DNA of 64,000 bases from NCBI RefSeq assembly GCF_008831285.2, contig NC_045138.2, positions 20,646,001 through 20,710,000 on the forward strand, given 5' to 3'. The position numbers were made by a program, and so were the translations under genes. Shown in pieces: positions 13,801 to 27,300 of the stretch. The stretch comes from Nymphaea colorata (taxonomy: Eukaryota). Each line of letters begins with the position of its first letter. The first letter of the stretch is position 1. The notes under the pieces are model-generated. The model was not told where the DNA came from, ran no database searches, and saw only the letters and a program-made list of their open reading frames with translations.

Positions 13801-16800
13801 GGATATTTGGAGAAAAAATGATGTAGCTCCAAACCAAGTCCACAATTGGAAATGTGCTGAATGAATGTTCGCAACAAAGAACAATGAGAAAACAAAGACC
13901 ACATCAAGTAAATAATCCTTATATATGACCCATGGCTATCTTCCAGCAGGTATGCTACAGTGGGCAAACAGCAAGCAAGGTAGTATAAGGAAGGATAGTC
14001 CTTCGAGTTCTTTATAGAACTTACAGACAGCAAGTTTCGGACAAAGTTTGATCACAAAAGACATTTCTGCAAAAAACCACATATCATGTAGAATATAATT
14101 GAAATTTACTTAAAGAATGATGAGAAGCATAATGACAGAAATGGCATGAAAGCATCAAAGAGTCTGCCATCCTTACACTCCTGAACAATGTAGATTTGAC
14201 AGTACAAAAATACAAGAATCATAAGCAGAGAAAACACAAAAAAAAAACCTTGAATTAAACAAACCCCAAAATCAAATAGCCAGCTGTGCAAAAGAATACT
14301 AAATAGTCGTAAAGTCATAGATATCTTACAGTGCCGAGTGTTAGTAAACTTTTATTTATGTAAGAACCCTCCTTCCTCCTTAGACCAGTAGTCTCAGTTT
14401 TTGAACTCTCAGAACCTGCAAGATCAATCAAGTTCTGCAAATGAAGGTTGAGTAAGTTCACAAGAAAGTAATCGATCGAAAAGTTAAATCATGTAAGTGA
14501 CGCACAAGGTCATGATCCCACATGTAAATACTTGAACCAAAATTTTTAAAATTGCAAAAACCAAATAGTCAAATAAACAGGATAAGGAAAGGACACGCAG
14601 AAAAACTATTTACCAGCTGAGACAATGTCACATCCTCCTCCCCCAGGTTCTCACCACGTGGACTACTTTCAATGGACTGAAAACACATCACATTTGTAAA
14701 TGTAAAATACATCTTCCAGGAAGACACATAAGAGAAAAGCAAAAGAAAACCTGAACATAACCCAAAACAGACACATTTGTTTCAAGATTTACATCCAACA
14801 TAAAAAAAAAATAGAAAATTCGATAGAAATTGAAGATAACAGTGATGATTACAAATTCAATAAGGGGAATTTTATTTATCCATTTAACAATATCATTTCC
14901 CAAATTATTTCAGATTCTATTATGGCCTTTTGGGCCATAAGGCAGATGCAGACTAAGAATATATTGAAGATTACTGAAGAGGTTGTGCAGCAATATCTTC
15001 AAATATGATGCAGATGATAGAAGAGATGTGCATGCTAGTGATTAAGACATAACCCACTGGCAACTTAAATCACATAAAATCAAATTATAACAGCTTAAAA
15101 ATAATCAACCAAAACTACTTGGCTTCCACATGCTTTCAAGACATTGAAGTGAGGACAAAACAATAACTTCATTTTGGAAGGTATACTTTTGCAGTAAACA
15201 TTAGCCATCTAAGTTTTGATATGGTTTCCAAGAGAAAAAAAATTACCAAGGAAAATATTGTATGGCTTCGACTGCTAAGCAAATTGAAATTGTTGGAACC
15301 AACATGCCGGTGCTCTGTAACCAAAACAGTTAAATGTTACAGTTATACAACTCAAATTGAAAATTTCAATTATATGAACAATTTTAAGCTCCCAAGGTTA
15401 AATAGTTTCCTCAAATGAATGATGAACATTCAGCATTCAACAAAGAAATCAGCAACCAAGGATGGAAACTGCAAATAAAAATCCCAGTTCAATATATTGA
15501 TACAATCTTCAAAATGATTCTCTCAAAGAGATTTCTGCTTGATTCCTGTTTTGAATTCCCTTAAGAGTTAAGACAAATCATATCACAAACTTCATATAAG
15601 TGGCCACATACATCCACGGCATGCCCATGCAACATCATAAAAGGGTAAATGGCAATGCATTTTCTAGAAGATTTCACCTTCCCCAGATGCTATTAAGGAA
15701 AGAGCATGAGCAGGAGACAGAACAACCTCCTCTTTAATACCCTCCACATATGTTCCCTGCATAAGACAAATTGACCAGATAAAAACAGATGAAAGGATAT
15801 ACAAACGGCCATCTAAAAGCATCAGAAGAAGCTTTATGTTTCAACAGCACATGGGTTGACAGATCTAGATATACGGGAGCTGAATAAGGAACAAACTAAC
15901 AACTGGTTCAGGAAAACGTGTCAAAAAAAACAATAACAAAGCATCAGCATGAATATGCAAACAGATAGAATTTACAAGAGATCAATCACAATCCTTTTTT
16001 TCATCTGAAAGCTAAAAAGGCTTGAGTAAATCTATGAAAAATATCTTTATAAAAATACAAACAGCATTTGAGGTTCAAAAGTGCACAAACCTATGCAGAT
16101 GTGGATGAAACAAGAGAAGAAAGGCAAGAACCAAAGCAATACATGCCACATCCAAAAAACTAGTCAAATCGTCAGTTGAAAGAAAATGTCATTCAAGAAA
16201 ATTTCACCAATCAAAGCTTAATGCAGCAAGCAGAATGAGCAAACAAGTAGCATAAATATCATTTACATACTTGTGAATCTTCACGTATCTTTAGATTCTG
16301 TGCTGTTGGATCAAGTAAATCATTGATAACCTGAAGCAGCATGTGGTCATCAACAAAAATGTAATAGCAGGTTATCATAACATGCAATCATGATACAACT
16401 TGTGTATATCTCTTCAAAAGTTAGTAAACAATAACTAGAAAAATAATTCTCATAACAGAAAGGCGATAAAATAACTGAACAAATACATGGAAGCATAATT
16501 ATTAGGTGCAGAATGAAGCAAGCTTAGAAAAGCCTTTCATGCATGTGCAAATTTTCTGACCGAGCACAAATATTCCAGAACAAATACATAGAAACAGGAG
16601 GCCCCAGGCTCAAAAAGTGGGAATTCGCATGTTTTTCAGTTTTTCAAGTTTATATCTGAAGGTGTACAGTTTAAATCTATATTTCATTGCATAAGGTTTA
16701 TTGACTCTTGACAATTTCAATGCTGCCCACAAGAATAGTGCAGACACCTAAAGCTTTCAATGGAAATGTAACCTATGTCACATGAGCTAAAGATGCAGGT

Positions 16801-19800
16801 AGAACATTTTTCAGAGAAAACTTGTGCATGTATGTTTGTATTGGAAAATCATTCCTTACTACAACTCTGCAATAGGCATGTAGCCTGCATACCCTTTAAG
16901 TAAAGGAGAAAACATGTGATATATTGACATGGCAAGGTGTGTCATAAAGGGGTGTGTAGTGTTTGTAGAGTTGTAGAATGTAAAAGATCACCTTAATCAC
17001 AGAAATATGTGTGTGTGTATAGAAAATTAAAAGTTAAACTTTTGCAAAAAGTTGAAACTTTCTTTAAATTGTAGAAAGAAAGATATTTTTGAAAGTAAAT
17101 TAATAAAATAAAACCCTAATGTCTCTTTTCTCTCCTCCCCATTCGACCCTTGTAGCCCTTGTCCCTCCTCTTCCCACCACCAAGTACCTTCCTTTCTCCA
17201 TCTCCTCCATCATCCCAGTACTCCTCCTCCTCCCACCACCAAGTACCCTCCTTCCTCCATCTCCTCTATCATCCCACTACTCCTCCTCCTCCTCCTCCTT
17301 TTCCTTGGAAACTATGTCGCATCCACATAGTGTCAACATAGTGCAACACCCAAATAGGCATATTGTTCTCTTTTGTAGTTGACATAGTGCAACATTCCAA
17401 CAGCTCCTCCTCCTTCCTATTTATTGGACTGTATGTCCCTTTTGTAAGTTTAGCTTTCTGTAAGCTCTCTTCACGAGTGATTAATAATATTTTACAGAGT
17501 TTATCTGTGCTGTTAGTGAGGATTCCCTGTGTGTAACTGATACAGGCTGTGTATTGTCTGCATTCAGTCATTTCTCTGTAGAAGTGTTGTGTTTTTTTCA
17601 GCAGCTTGAGCTTGTGTGACATAAAATCCAGTGTATAACACATATCCTTTCAGCTATCCTATTCAAGTGTTATATAACTATAATACTAAATATGCTTGAC
17701 TATTTAACCTAGTATTAGAAATGATACCTTTCATAAAGCTTGGCCATTGCAAAACCATATCACCTAATTATGATTTTTCTTTTTGTAGGAGTTGTGCATT
17801 ATTTTTAACGGTTTGGAATTATGTTTTGCTCATTAGTTGTCACTTATGAGTTGCCACATATTGTTCTCGTTCTCATTAAATCACGGCTCTATCTATCATA
17901 TAGGATTCCATGCACAAAAATTTATTCCTTAAATATACGGATATTACAACATATGATCTACGTTGTCAAGGTGCCCAGGCAGCACCTAGGGCTTAGACAT
18001 GCCTAGGCGCGCATAGGCAGAAAAGGAGACCGATTTTTTTTATTAATTTTTTTATTTATCCTAACTCAGACATGATAAATTTATGTACGTACTGACTGAA
18101 CTGTAAGCTTCTATTCCAGCCTCCAGGTGTGCCTGTCGCCATTGACACAGATGTGTAGCATAAAAAAGTCAAACATGAAAAACTATTATGTTTTGTTCTA
18201 ATTGAATGGTTACACTTTGTAAGTAAAGCCAAAAAGTAAAACATAAAAACGGTTCTGCTTTTGTTTACATGACAGATTAACAGTACATTTCCAGCTCATT
18301 ACATACTGAAAAACTGTTATGTTCTATTGTGTTCTAGCCGATGCCTTAGTTTGATACACAAAAGAAGACATGTCATTCTTGTTTACATACCGGACACAAT
18401 GCTTGCATTTCTTAGGACGAGATACTGTCAGAATCCAATAGAAAAACTAAATATGAATTTTGGTGTAAATAACAGTATATCCTGTTATGAATTGAAATCC
18501 ATTTTATATAGGACCTTATAGACTATTTGATTTGAATCATTTCAAACAAAAATCGTATCAAATCAGTACATATTATATACATTACAACAAATTATACATA
18601 TAACATATAATATGCATTATAACAGCTTGTACAAATCAATACGTATCTTTCCGTGGACTAGGCATGCTAGAACCACAACCATCACATAAGTGATGGACTT
18701 AGGTGATGCATGTGGACTGTCGCCTAGTCCACGCCTAGGCGTGGCCTAGGTGACGCCTTCACAACATAGCAGTTGATAGTACACAAATTTGTTAGATCTT
18801 TCTAGTACATGATGGTGCACCTTTTGCAGCAAATAGCAACTCCATGGGGAGCAACAATTAGCAGATATTAAACAAGATCACCTCCAAATGAACCAAATGC
18901 TTGCATGTTTAGAAACTATGTCACACGGGTACTCCTCCAAAGGAGGAGTACCTGTATGGTACCGGTACGACACGGGTACCGGTACGGGTACGGGGTTGGG
19001 TACGCCTTTTGAAATGATCCTTGTTTCTATTGGTTTTGCAGCTCTTTTGCTAGGTGCTTTTTCAAGTTTTCATATAAGTTGTAAATTGTAATGACTGTAT
19101 TTATGAATATGACAATATGTTATTCTGATTGTGTAATTTTTGATATAGATATGTGCAAATATGTTATTTTTCTGCATTTTTTGACATGTATATGTGTGTG
19201 TGTACGGCCGTACCCCCGTACCCAAGTTTTTTGAAAATGGTCCGTACCCGTACCAGTACCGGTACCCGTACCGGCACCCGTACCCGTACCCATGTGACAT
19301 AGTTTAGAAATAATTCTTATGCAAGGATTTTTATTTCATTGTCAGTAGTTTTCTCAAACCTTGCAAAATAAGACAAACCATTTTCCACGGATGCTATTTC
19401 TTTTAGGCAAGCTAATAATTCAGGATAAAAATATTAAACTAAATCTCCAAGCAGGTTATGGGTGCGTTCTCAACATAAAAAGAAACCCTGTACATGCAAA
19501 CCATGAATTCAGAGTTCCAAAGACTGGAGATGCATTTCAAAAATGAGATGAAATTCCACTAACCTCATTGTATATTTCCAGGTATGATACTCGAAGCAAA
19601 AACTCTCGACTAGGTGTCTAAGACCAAAAAAAAATAGAAAAAAAAATGTACGTTAGAAACAAGTAAATAACTATAAACTAAATGCAAGTTCAAAGTATGA
19701 TTACCTCTTGAATAATGCTGAAAACATCTTTTATGGCCAAAGGAATAATTCCTGGGGATTTTTGCTCACCCTGCATAATTTGTCCAATAACATAAACTTC

Positions 19801-22800
19801 TTTGTTAAGCAAAAGATCGTAATCATATTATCTAAGAAATAAGATTTCCTATGAATGAAATTAGTAATATATTGCCACAATATTGCAATAGCATCACCAA
19901 AAAAAAAAAAATGATATTATTGGGAAAATGTCATAATATTCTCAAAATACCATCACAAAATAAATTCGCACGAATACAATATCATCATCCTAATAGTAAG
20001 ATTTTTTTCTCTTGCAGAGAAAACCTCATTGTATGCACTTTAATTGTATGTCTTCGAATTTATTGGTTCTTTTAAAATCATATGAACCTTCTGTGATAAT
20101 TTTCTATGTTTCTTTATGTATTTCTGCCAACTTTGAATTTCCAGCATTTTATTGGGAAAACATTTAAAAAAAACTACAAAAACATTGCACCAAATACCCA
20201 AGAATGAATTTGTGGCAATGATAGGTAAAAAAATGTGCAAATACATAATAGTATATTATATGTAAGGAGAGGAAAGGAAGCGAGAGAATCCACATTTAGC
20301 AAATCAACCATTCTTTTAATGACACCCAACAAGCACCTAGTTGAGCAAATGTCAACAGACACCAGACACTGGTGTATTCCAGGCTCCAGCACTCAAGAGG
20401 GCCTCGAAACAAGACATTAAGCAGTAATTCCACCTACCTAAACATGGGAATAATTTTCTGTAAGTTTCCCAAATATGAAATCTTCGTTATGTCATTCCCA
20501 TGTATAGAATCTAACATACCATCCCTACTAAGGAATATGCATGCTTCGATTTTGCAACCTCAGATATGAGTGTTTGTCATAGCCCTAATGCCAGTTGCAA
20601 TGACCTGACACAAAACTAACCAAAAAAAAAAATTAATATGACAAACTTGATGTCCTGAACCAACTCAACAATCTATTTCAGTTTGGCACTCAAAATGGTT
20701 ATGAACCAAAGCATGTAGCAGTAACTAAGTTCAAGTATACATGGCACCATTCTCGACAAATTTGTCAGATATAGGGTCATTCTCATGCCATTCCCATGCA
20801 TAAAATGTTACAATTAAATTTTTGCTTAAGATAAAGTAGTAGTGTATCTAGTCATTCAGCAATTTATTCAGAATGTTTTTCTCAATACTTTCTTAAAAAT
20901 ATTGAAAACTTTAATAAGGCTTTTAAATTACAAAATAAATAAAAAATGGAAAAAAATAAATTTCAAGACATATAAATGAGGACTTTTTCAGAAAAGGAAA
21001 GGCACTGATATTATTGCAATAAAATTATGCAGCAACATGTTGAAAAAATTGCAATTTTTGCCTAAATATTACCATTTAAACCTGTTTTGGCAACTGCAAT
21101 GTGCTAATAGACAATGATGATTATGGGAGCTACCCCTTATAGCTGCACAGAGGTGTGTATTTTCTAATGTAAGCAAATGAACCACAATATTGACTTGTAC
21201 TTTTCTCTCAACAATGAACAACCTCGTCTGCTCTCTTTACATGCACCAGCTCCACATGAGAATCTGATGGATCTGAACCTCATAATCCCATTTACACCTC
21301 CCAATATGTAAATTTCATCCACATCAGCTTATGTACAAATTTCACTCAAACATCCATGCATTAAACAACCATTCAATCCTCTCCAATTATAGCTTATGCC
21401 TGGTTCCCAAATGTAGAAGGCCCAAGAAACCATGTGTTCATTCCAAAAAAATAAGCAAGATTTGAGAATTACAAGTGGAACAAGGTTTTAATTCTTAGGA
21501 AGTTGCTCAACGCTCGTAAAAAGTAAAGAACTGAAATGTGCATTTGCTTGTGAGAGCAATTATTGTAATAAGCAGACTTTTTTGAGAATCAAATATAACT
21601 TACATGCATGGTATGAGTCTTTCCACTGCTAGTAACACCATATGCAAATATGGTTCCTGCACGGCAAAGAAAAGAAAGGGCATTAAATATGTTCAAAAAA
21701 TTACAATGACTATCCCACAATCATGAAAAGTTGTTCAAGCACTAAAGCCTGCCTCCACATGAAACAAAAAATTTTCATAATTCTTGTAGATGGAAAAGGT
21801 AATCCACTAAGAGGGCATTTGAAATTTTGAGTCACTGTGGAACAGCAACTCTGCTGTTCCAAGGTTCTCCTTGTGCAACAAACAGGTGGGCCAGGGTGCC
21901 CCACACCCGTGCCTGTTTCCGTGTCCTGTGGGTTTCTGTTTCCATTTGAGGGCATCAGACAGAACTGGTTTCGTACACCCTCTGACGGTACACCTTCTAT
22001 AGAGGGACATCTAGAGGGGCGGAAGCTTTCTGAATCCTCCATTTTATCCATGTCTGCATTCTACAGATTGCATATATTGCATTGAAATTTACACTTGCTG
22101 ATATACTTCATGTAGAAGCAAAAGCTTAAAGTTTCATCATTAGTAGATTTTAAATAGCAAAAATTTGAGACAACAATGGATCAAATCCAAAAGTGAAGAA
22201 GAGATCAGAAGGAAATGTATGATTACCATTTATTCCCTCCATAGCACCGTTTATTACATGTTGTGCAGCTACATCATAAACATGTCGAGTAGTTGTAGCA
22301 GGTCCAAATACTCTATCTGAATTGGAAGGAAAAAGGGAGACAGAAAAGTTGATATATTCAGTCATGCCTCTTCAGCAAAATATAGCTTCAAAGTTCAAAC
22401 CAAGGGTAATTGTTTACTCCTCTCAGAGAAATACAAGCTTTCTAAAATATAGACTGGAATGCCAGCAAACTGAAATCATAAGCAGGTGGCAAAAGTAGGA
22501 CCTGAAGAAGTAAAAAAGGTAAGAGTACAAGCTCTTATGCATGATATCAGTATAAAATTGCTACAGGGTAACTTGCTTAATTGCACATTATGCTCTGGAA
22601 TATGCTCTTATAAATGGATTAGCACCACAAACGAAGCTACAACTTGAACTAGCGAATAGCTGATTCACAACTACAACGGTTTCGATGGAAATAACCAACG
22701 ATTCAGGCAAGATAAAGCATAGAAAGAAAAAAACGACCAACAGTACATGTTACTTCAGGATCACAAAGTGACAAAGTTTTCAACATTAAGCATGAAAATA

Positions 22801-23999
22801 ATTGCCATGAAACTAGTTGCCATGAAACTAGAGAAAGACAGAACCAAGTTCTGCGAGAAAAAACAAGTGTCGCTATGAACAGAACTTCAAACATGTTGGC
22901 ATAGAGTCACTTTTGTGCAGTGACAAGATAGACCTAGAAACAAGCAATTAGAGGGTAGACGGTAGCTTTTGTCGGTGTCATCACATCCAGTTGTGGTAAT
23001 CCGTCTCAGTTATCAACGAGAACAGTTTTGTAAGCTTCATATTATCATTATTGCAATTAAAACAATTGTTGGAGGTTCAAATAACGCAAATTACAGGTAC
23101 ATTTGCTCGTTAAATGCTGAATTCTGCTGGTATTCACTCTAAATACTCCATTTCGTGTTGACGACGATTCCTCGGTAAAAATGAATAATGCAAATGAGCA
23201 AAACATGCAGCTCGACCTGACAATCAGTCATTGTTCTCCTTAGTCCTTCGCTAAATATCACCTCCTTTTTCAGAAGCAACCATGAAGCACAGCATTACCT
23301 ACACATCAATTACCTCTCCCCAACCTCCATAGCTTTCATTTCAGTTCACGCGGATACATCAAAATCAATTATCAAAAGATTTTTCAGGTTCAGAAAGACG
23401 AATTTCAGTACTAATAACAAGAGATAAGTGAACTAGAAAAGCGCATGAGAAAGAAGAAGAAAATCATCCAATACAAAATGTAGAGTAACTAGTGGTCTCA
23501 AATAACCAAACGGAACACGAGAAACAACAAGCGCGAAAGAAGAAGGCGAAGAGACATAAAAAGAGAAACATTAAACAAGAGAAACCCAAAGCGCACCAAA
23601 GCTGTAGCCAATGGACGCGTTGGACTCATTCCGGACCGTGTAATCTCCGTCTGCGTACCAAGCGATCTCGTCCCCCTTGTTAATCTCTCGAGAGCTGACG
23701 TAAAGCAAGAAACCGTTGAGAAGCAAGCACGCATTTGACAAGCGAAGGCATGAAATGGAACAGAGAGGCTCCTTTTCTCACCTGAGGGGGCGAAATCGGA
23801 CGGTGACGGTCACATTCTCCTTGGCCTTCTGGGAATCAGCCGTCTCGGGGCTCAGCGGCGACGTCTGGGCGAGGCTGGCCGAGGTGGCGGAGGGCGTCGG
23901 GGGTCGGCCGGAGCTCTTAGGCACCGCCGCTGCTTTCCTAGTCCGGAAGGGCGACACCGAGCTCGACGATCTCTGCGTCCTCGAGCTCGAGGAAGACAT
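5790..23999 (-). CDS. Kinesin-7 (CENP-E-related) motor protein, KIN-7C/KIN-7E (MKRP1)-like; coding exons 1-16, 3' part continues beyond the left edge of the window
   Basis: GT-AG exons splice in frame: 23782-23999, 23597-23694, 22227-22316, 21604-21656, 19705-19770, 19564-19617, 16271-16330, 15678-15756, 15247-15314, 14614-14676, 14330-14434, 8827-8931, 8585-8692, 8355-8498, 6301-6483, 5790-5960. Motifs are VTVRFRPL, P-loop [29 protein letters not shown] and [14 protein letters not shown]. The tail [28 protein letters not shown] resembles Arabidopsis At1g21730 as remembered. Confidence 0.95.
6301..6483 (-). CDS. Kinesin-7 coding exon 15
   Basis: [39 protein letters not shown]...[11 protein letters not shown]. 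Confidence 0.93.
8355..8498 (-). CDS. Kinesin-7 coding exon 14 (neck coiled coil)
   Basis: [48 protein letters not shown]. Confidence 0.93.
8585..8692 (-). CDS. Kinesin-7 coding exon 13
   Basis: [36 protein letters not shown]. Confidence 0.95.
8827..8931 (-). CDS. Kinesin-7 coding exon 12
   Basis: [35 protein letters not shown]. Confidence 0.95.
10387..10923 (+). repeat. GGC/GAC trinucleotide array (537 bp)
   Basis: An in-phase run made only of GGC and GAC triplets. Confidence 0.98.
10997..11112 (+). repeat. Pyrimidine-rich tandem repeat (~45-bp unit, ~2.5 copies) inside the solo LTR
   Basis: CTCCCTCTCCCACYGTCTCTCGTCTCCCCTCTCCACCGAACGAC repeated. Confidence 0.85.
14330..14434 (-). CDS. 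Kinesin-7 coding exon 11 (switch II)
   Basis: [35 protein letters not shown]. Confidence 0.95.
14614..14676 (-). CDS. Kinesin-7 coding exon 10
   Basis: [21 protein letters not shown]. Confidence 0.92.
15247..15314 (-). CDS. Kinesin-7 coding exon 9 (switch I)
   Basis: [23 protein letters not shown]. Confidence 0.93.
15678..15756 (-). CDS. Kinesin-7 coding exon 8
   Basis: [26 protein letters not shown]. Confidence 0.93.
16271..16330 (-). CDS. Kinesin-7 coding exon 7
   Basis: [20 protein letters not shown]. Confidence 0.93.
17958..18769. mobile_element. Non-autonomous hAT-like element (older)
   Basis: Termini CTACGTTG...CAACATAG with subterminal CCTAGG motifs. The flanks CATATGAT and CAGTTGAT match at 6 of 8 positions, a degenerate TSD. 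Confidence 0.65.
18916..19302. mobile_element. Non-autonomous hAT MITE
   Basis: TIR CTATGTCAC...GTGACATAG, perfect 8-bp TSD TTTAGAAA, subterminal (CGTACC)n motifs. Confidence 0.92.
19564..19617 (-). CDS. Kinesin-7 coding exon 6
   Basis: [18 protein letters not shown]. Confidence 0.93.
19705..19770 (-). CDS. Kinesin-7 coding exon 5
   Basis: [22 protein letters not shown]. Confidence 0.93.
19870..20220. mobile_element. Degenerate MITE
   Basis: Inverted ends ATTGCCACAA...TTGTGGCAATG around an AT-rich interior; TSD not clean. Confidence 0.4.
21604..21656 (-). CDS. Kinesin-7 coding exon 4 (P-loop)
   Basis: [18 protein letters not shown]. Confidence 0.95.
22227..22316 (-). CDS. Kinesin-7 coding exon 3
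   Basis: [34 protein letters not shown] flanks. Confidence 0.93.
23597..23694 (-). CDS. Kinesin-7 coding exon 2
   Basis: [36 protein letters not shown] flanks. Confidence 0.93.
23782..23999 (-). CDS. Kinesin-7 coding exon 1
   Basis: [19 protein letters not shown]...[13 protein letters not shown]; donor GTGAGA. Confidence 0.9.
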
Positions 24000-24271
24000 C
24001 TCCCTCTCTCTCGAGTTGTTGCAGATGAAAGAAAGCGAGGGAAGGAAAAAGAGAGATTAAACCCAGAGGAGAGCGAGAGAGACGACTTCAAAATGCGCCT
24101 GCCTTTACCTCCACGACCACGATGACGGAGAGAGAGAGAGAGAGAGAGGATTGTCGCTCGCCTTTTGAGCGCGCGGGACGGTTTCTCGTTTTCCTTTTCT
24201 CTTCGTTTTGTGTTTCTTCTGTTAAATTCCCGTCATACCCTTCGCTGCCTTTGTTTTCCCACTCCCTTTTT

Positions 24272-24314
24272 AACGGTCCTACAGAAAATCACCGTTGTCT
24301 TCTCACCCGAACGG
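24272..24314. promoter_or_regulatory. Cluster of three MSA-core (AACGG) motifs in the kinesin promoter
   Basis: AACGG at 24272-24276 and 24310-24314, CCGTT at 24292-24296, about 270-315 bp upstream of the ATG and just beyond the CT-repeat leader. Confidence 0.4.
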
Positions 24315-27300
24315 TTCACACAAAGCCCAAAGAATCCGCGAGCATTCGCCTCCTCGAACAAGCTGATCCATATAAATTAAAAAGGCCATATTTTAAAAAT
24401 TCAATTGGTGGCCTTTTATTTGAACGTTCTTTTTACAAGCATGCAACTTTTATGAAAACAATAAAAATATTTACTAGCATTTAATTGTCTATAGTACATG
24501 AACTTCAAAATATAATTTGCTTCCCACCAAAACTTGCATGCGCTTGTTCTTATCATCCAACCTTTCGAACTAGGTTTTAAAAACTGGACTGCATCATCCA
24601 AAGCATCCTTACTTTTTTTTTTCTCACTAATTGTTCTCGCGTTTATTTCAAGACAGTGCATGCGGTGGGCCATGGCTGTCAAGTACAATAATTCCTATGG
24701 TCATCCCACTTTCAGTGACCTCAGTCGCTCGTTGAACTCTCCGTATCATTTTACTCAACCCTTATTCAAACTCAACATCAATAAAACTTTGACTCACTTA
24801 AGAGGGCGTTTGAATATTATTTCAGGAACAACAAAAGTGGAAATGTCTCGTCCCGTTGTTCTTGGAACGAAGTACATTTTTGGTGAGAATAGATGTGGTT
24901 TTGTCATTGTTTTGATTTGCCTGAACAGGAACATACCGTGTTTGTTGGCTGCTTCCCACTGTATGTTTGAACTTTTCTAATCAATAAAGGAACCATCTGG
25001 CCAACCGACCCATCAAAGAGAGACGGGGCATTGTTGGCGTAGGGGCAGACTATAAATATTAAGTAGGCGTTTGATATATTCAGAACTATGAAATTTTACA
25101 ATCAAAATGCTCAGTTTTAAACAAATTGAAATTATTAAATAAACGGGGTCTTTTGTTTTCAGAATAAAAAAACTAAAACTTCTAATTTTAGACCTCATGT
25201 AAAGCAAAAATGTGGATTGATTTTTTCAATAACAATGCATATATATATATATATATATATGATATCCATACAAAGGAAGTTATTTTCTTAATAATGTTTT
25301 ATACATTGATAAATATTATACCATCCAGTTTAAACTACTTTTAAAATAAGATATGCGGATGGAGAAATTTTGCAGTCTAAATAATTAGTTTCAGAAATTT
25401 GGGCCTCCACCTACCTACGTGCTTATTTTTAAAATATGTGGAGCTACATTTTACGAAAAGCGCTTTGTAACAAGAGAACGCCGTTCCGTTGGACGACGCC
25501 GCTCATTTCGCTTATAATAATGATAATAATAGGCATTGCCACAATCAAGAAGGGTATTTTAGTCATTTCAATGAATCGTCGAGCAGCCTTCCCGCGGCGA
25601 CGTCGTTGCGCTCGTTTTCGTCGTTTTTCTGTTGGCAGCGTCCCGTCCCGTCAACGTAGAGCGTCGTCACCGTTCGTTTATTACGAAAGTACCCTCGTAG
25701 CAATGAAGTATAAATAATGAAGCGCGCAGAAGGGCATAATCGTCACTTTACATGTACCAGTTGGCGCCATCCGGAAGAATGACCGCCGGGGACGTTCCGT
25801 ACTCACTTATTCTCAAATGACTAATGTACCCCTTTTTATAATCCACTGACCCCGATTTAGTTACTTTCTTAAGGTGTTTGATTATTTTTAAAACTTTAAA
25901 TTCATGTTTTATGTTTTCGTCGATGCGATACAAATACAAAGCAAAACTTCATCACATTGAGAATTTCATGACTGATTTAAGATTCGTACATGAAAGTCTC
26001 ATTTTACGTTTCGCAACATTTCCCATTAAATGATATCATCCCAGTCCTACTTTCATGGATCTCAAATCCTATGGTCATTTTATTTGGGGTTTCGGATTTG
26101 GGGCCAATCTGGTTCTAATTTATAATCCGAGTCCAGTTGGGTCCAACCGACGAACTTTCAAAATGGACTTGGATGGATATTAATCTTTAACCTGCTATCA
26201 AAGTCGATTTCATGTTATTAATTTGTTTTCGGGGTGAGTGGTTATTTTTCTACGGCGGAGAGGTCATAGCCATGTGCTAATCTGAAAATATCCAATCATT
26301 CCTATCTCGGGTCCAGTATCAAAGTCATCGAACTTTTTATAAATTGTACGGAAGCAAATAATCTAAATATAGTGGGAAACCCACTTTAGAACCGATCCAT
26401 TTACACCCATGTCAGTTTAAAACAGACCAAATAGATATGGATCGATTTGGAGCTGACCCGATATGCGAGTCATATCAAAATCCTAAACTGGTCCCCCCAA
26501 ATCTCCATTATGTGGATCTGATAACCTGGCAATTGGGTCCTAGCTGGCTGCAATCTTGGATCTAATGTGATAAGGACAATGATCACTTTTGGCTTTGAGA
26601 ATAAGTAAGATTAGTTTTCTGAAGTTGATCACCACTTTTTGGAGAGGGACTGTGGCATGTGGGTAATCCTGCCTACCAATGGTTAGACTTTTGCACCGTT
26701 CACTTTTTTATGACGCTGACGCGATCATATTCTTCACAGGGCTAGAAGGGGGACCTGGTAGCTCAAAGAAGTTGACTCCAGACCTCTGTTTTTGTCTCAT
26801 TTGGCCGTGAGATTGTATACACTGGGCTCGTTGCCTTGGTCCAATTTGACTTGGCTTAGTTGGTGCAACTCGAACCTGTCGATTAGGGGTGGAGTTAGGA
26901 ATTTTTTGTTATATTATTAAAGGTAGCCCACCTTAGTCCTCTGGACGATGTGTGGGAGGAGGGGAAAGGGAGGCCCTTCACTGGTCATTCAAGGGTAGCC
27001 CGCCTCTCCTTATTTTTGGCTCGTGATGGGTTGGGTCTCTTTTGATTATTTGACACATGGTCTGGCCCGACAGTCTGCTCACTTTAGAAACTCTTTGCGC
27101 ATCACCCATGATTCTCTTATAATTCTTACTGTATCATAGATGGCTTCTTTCAAAACTTTTGGCATGTCATCAATATATTAAAATATAAAAATATTAAGGA
27201 TTTCAAATATGGGTGAACATTGAATTCGATTCCTGACCTAAAGTTCACAGTTGATCTTGACCCAATGACTAAGTGAGTCGGGCTTGTGCTGTGGACAATG

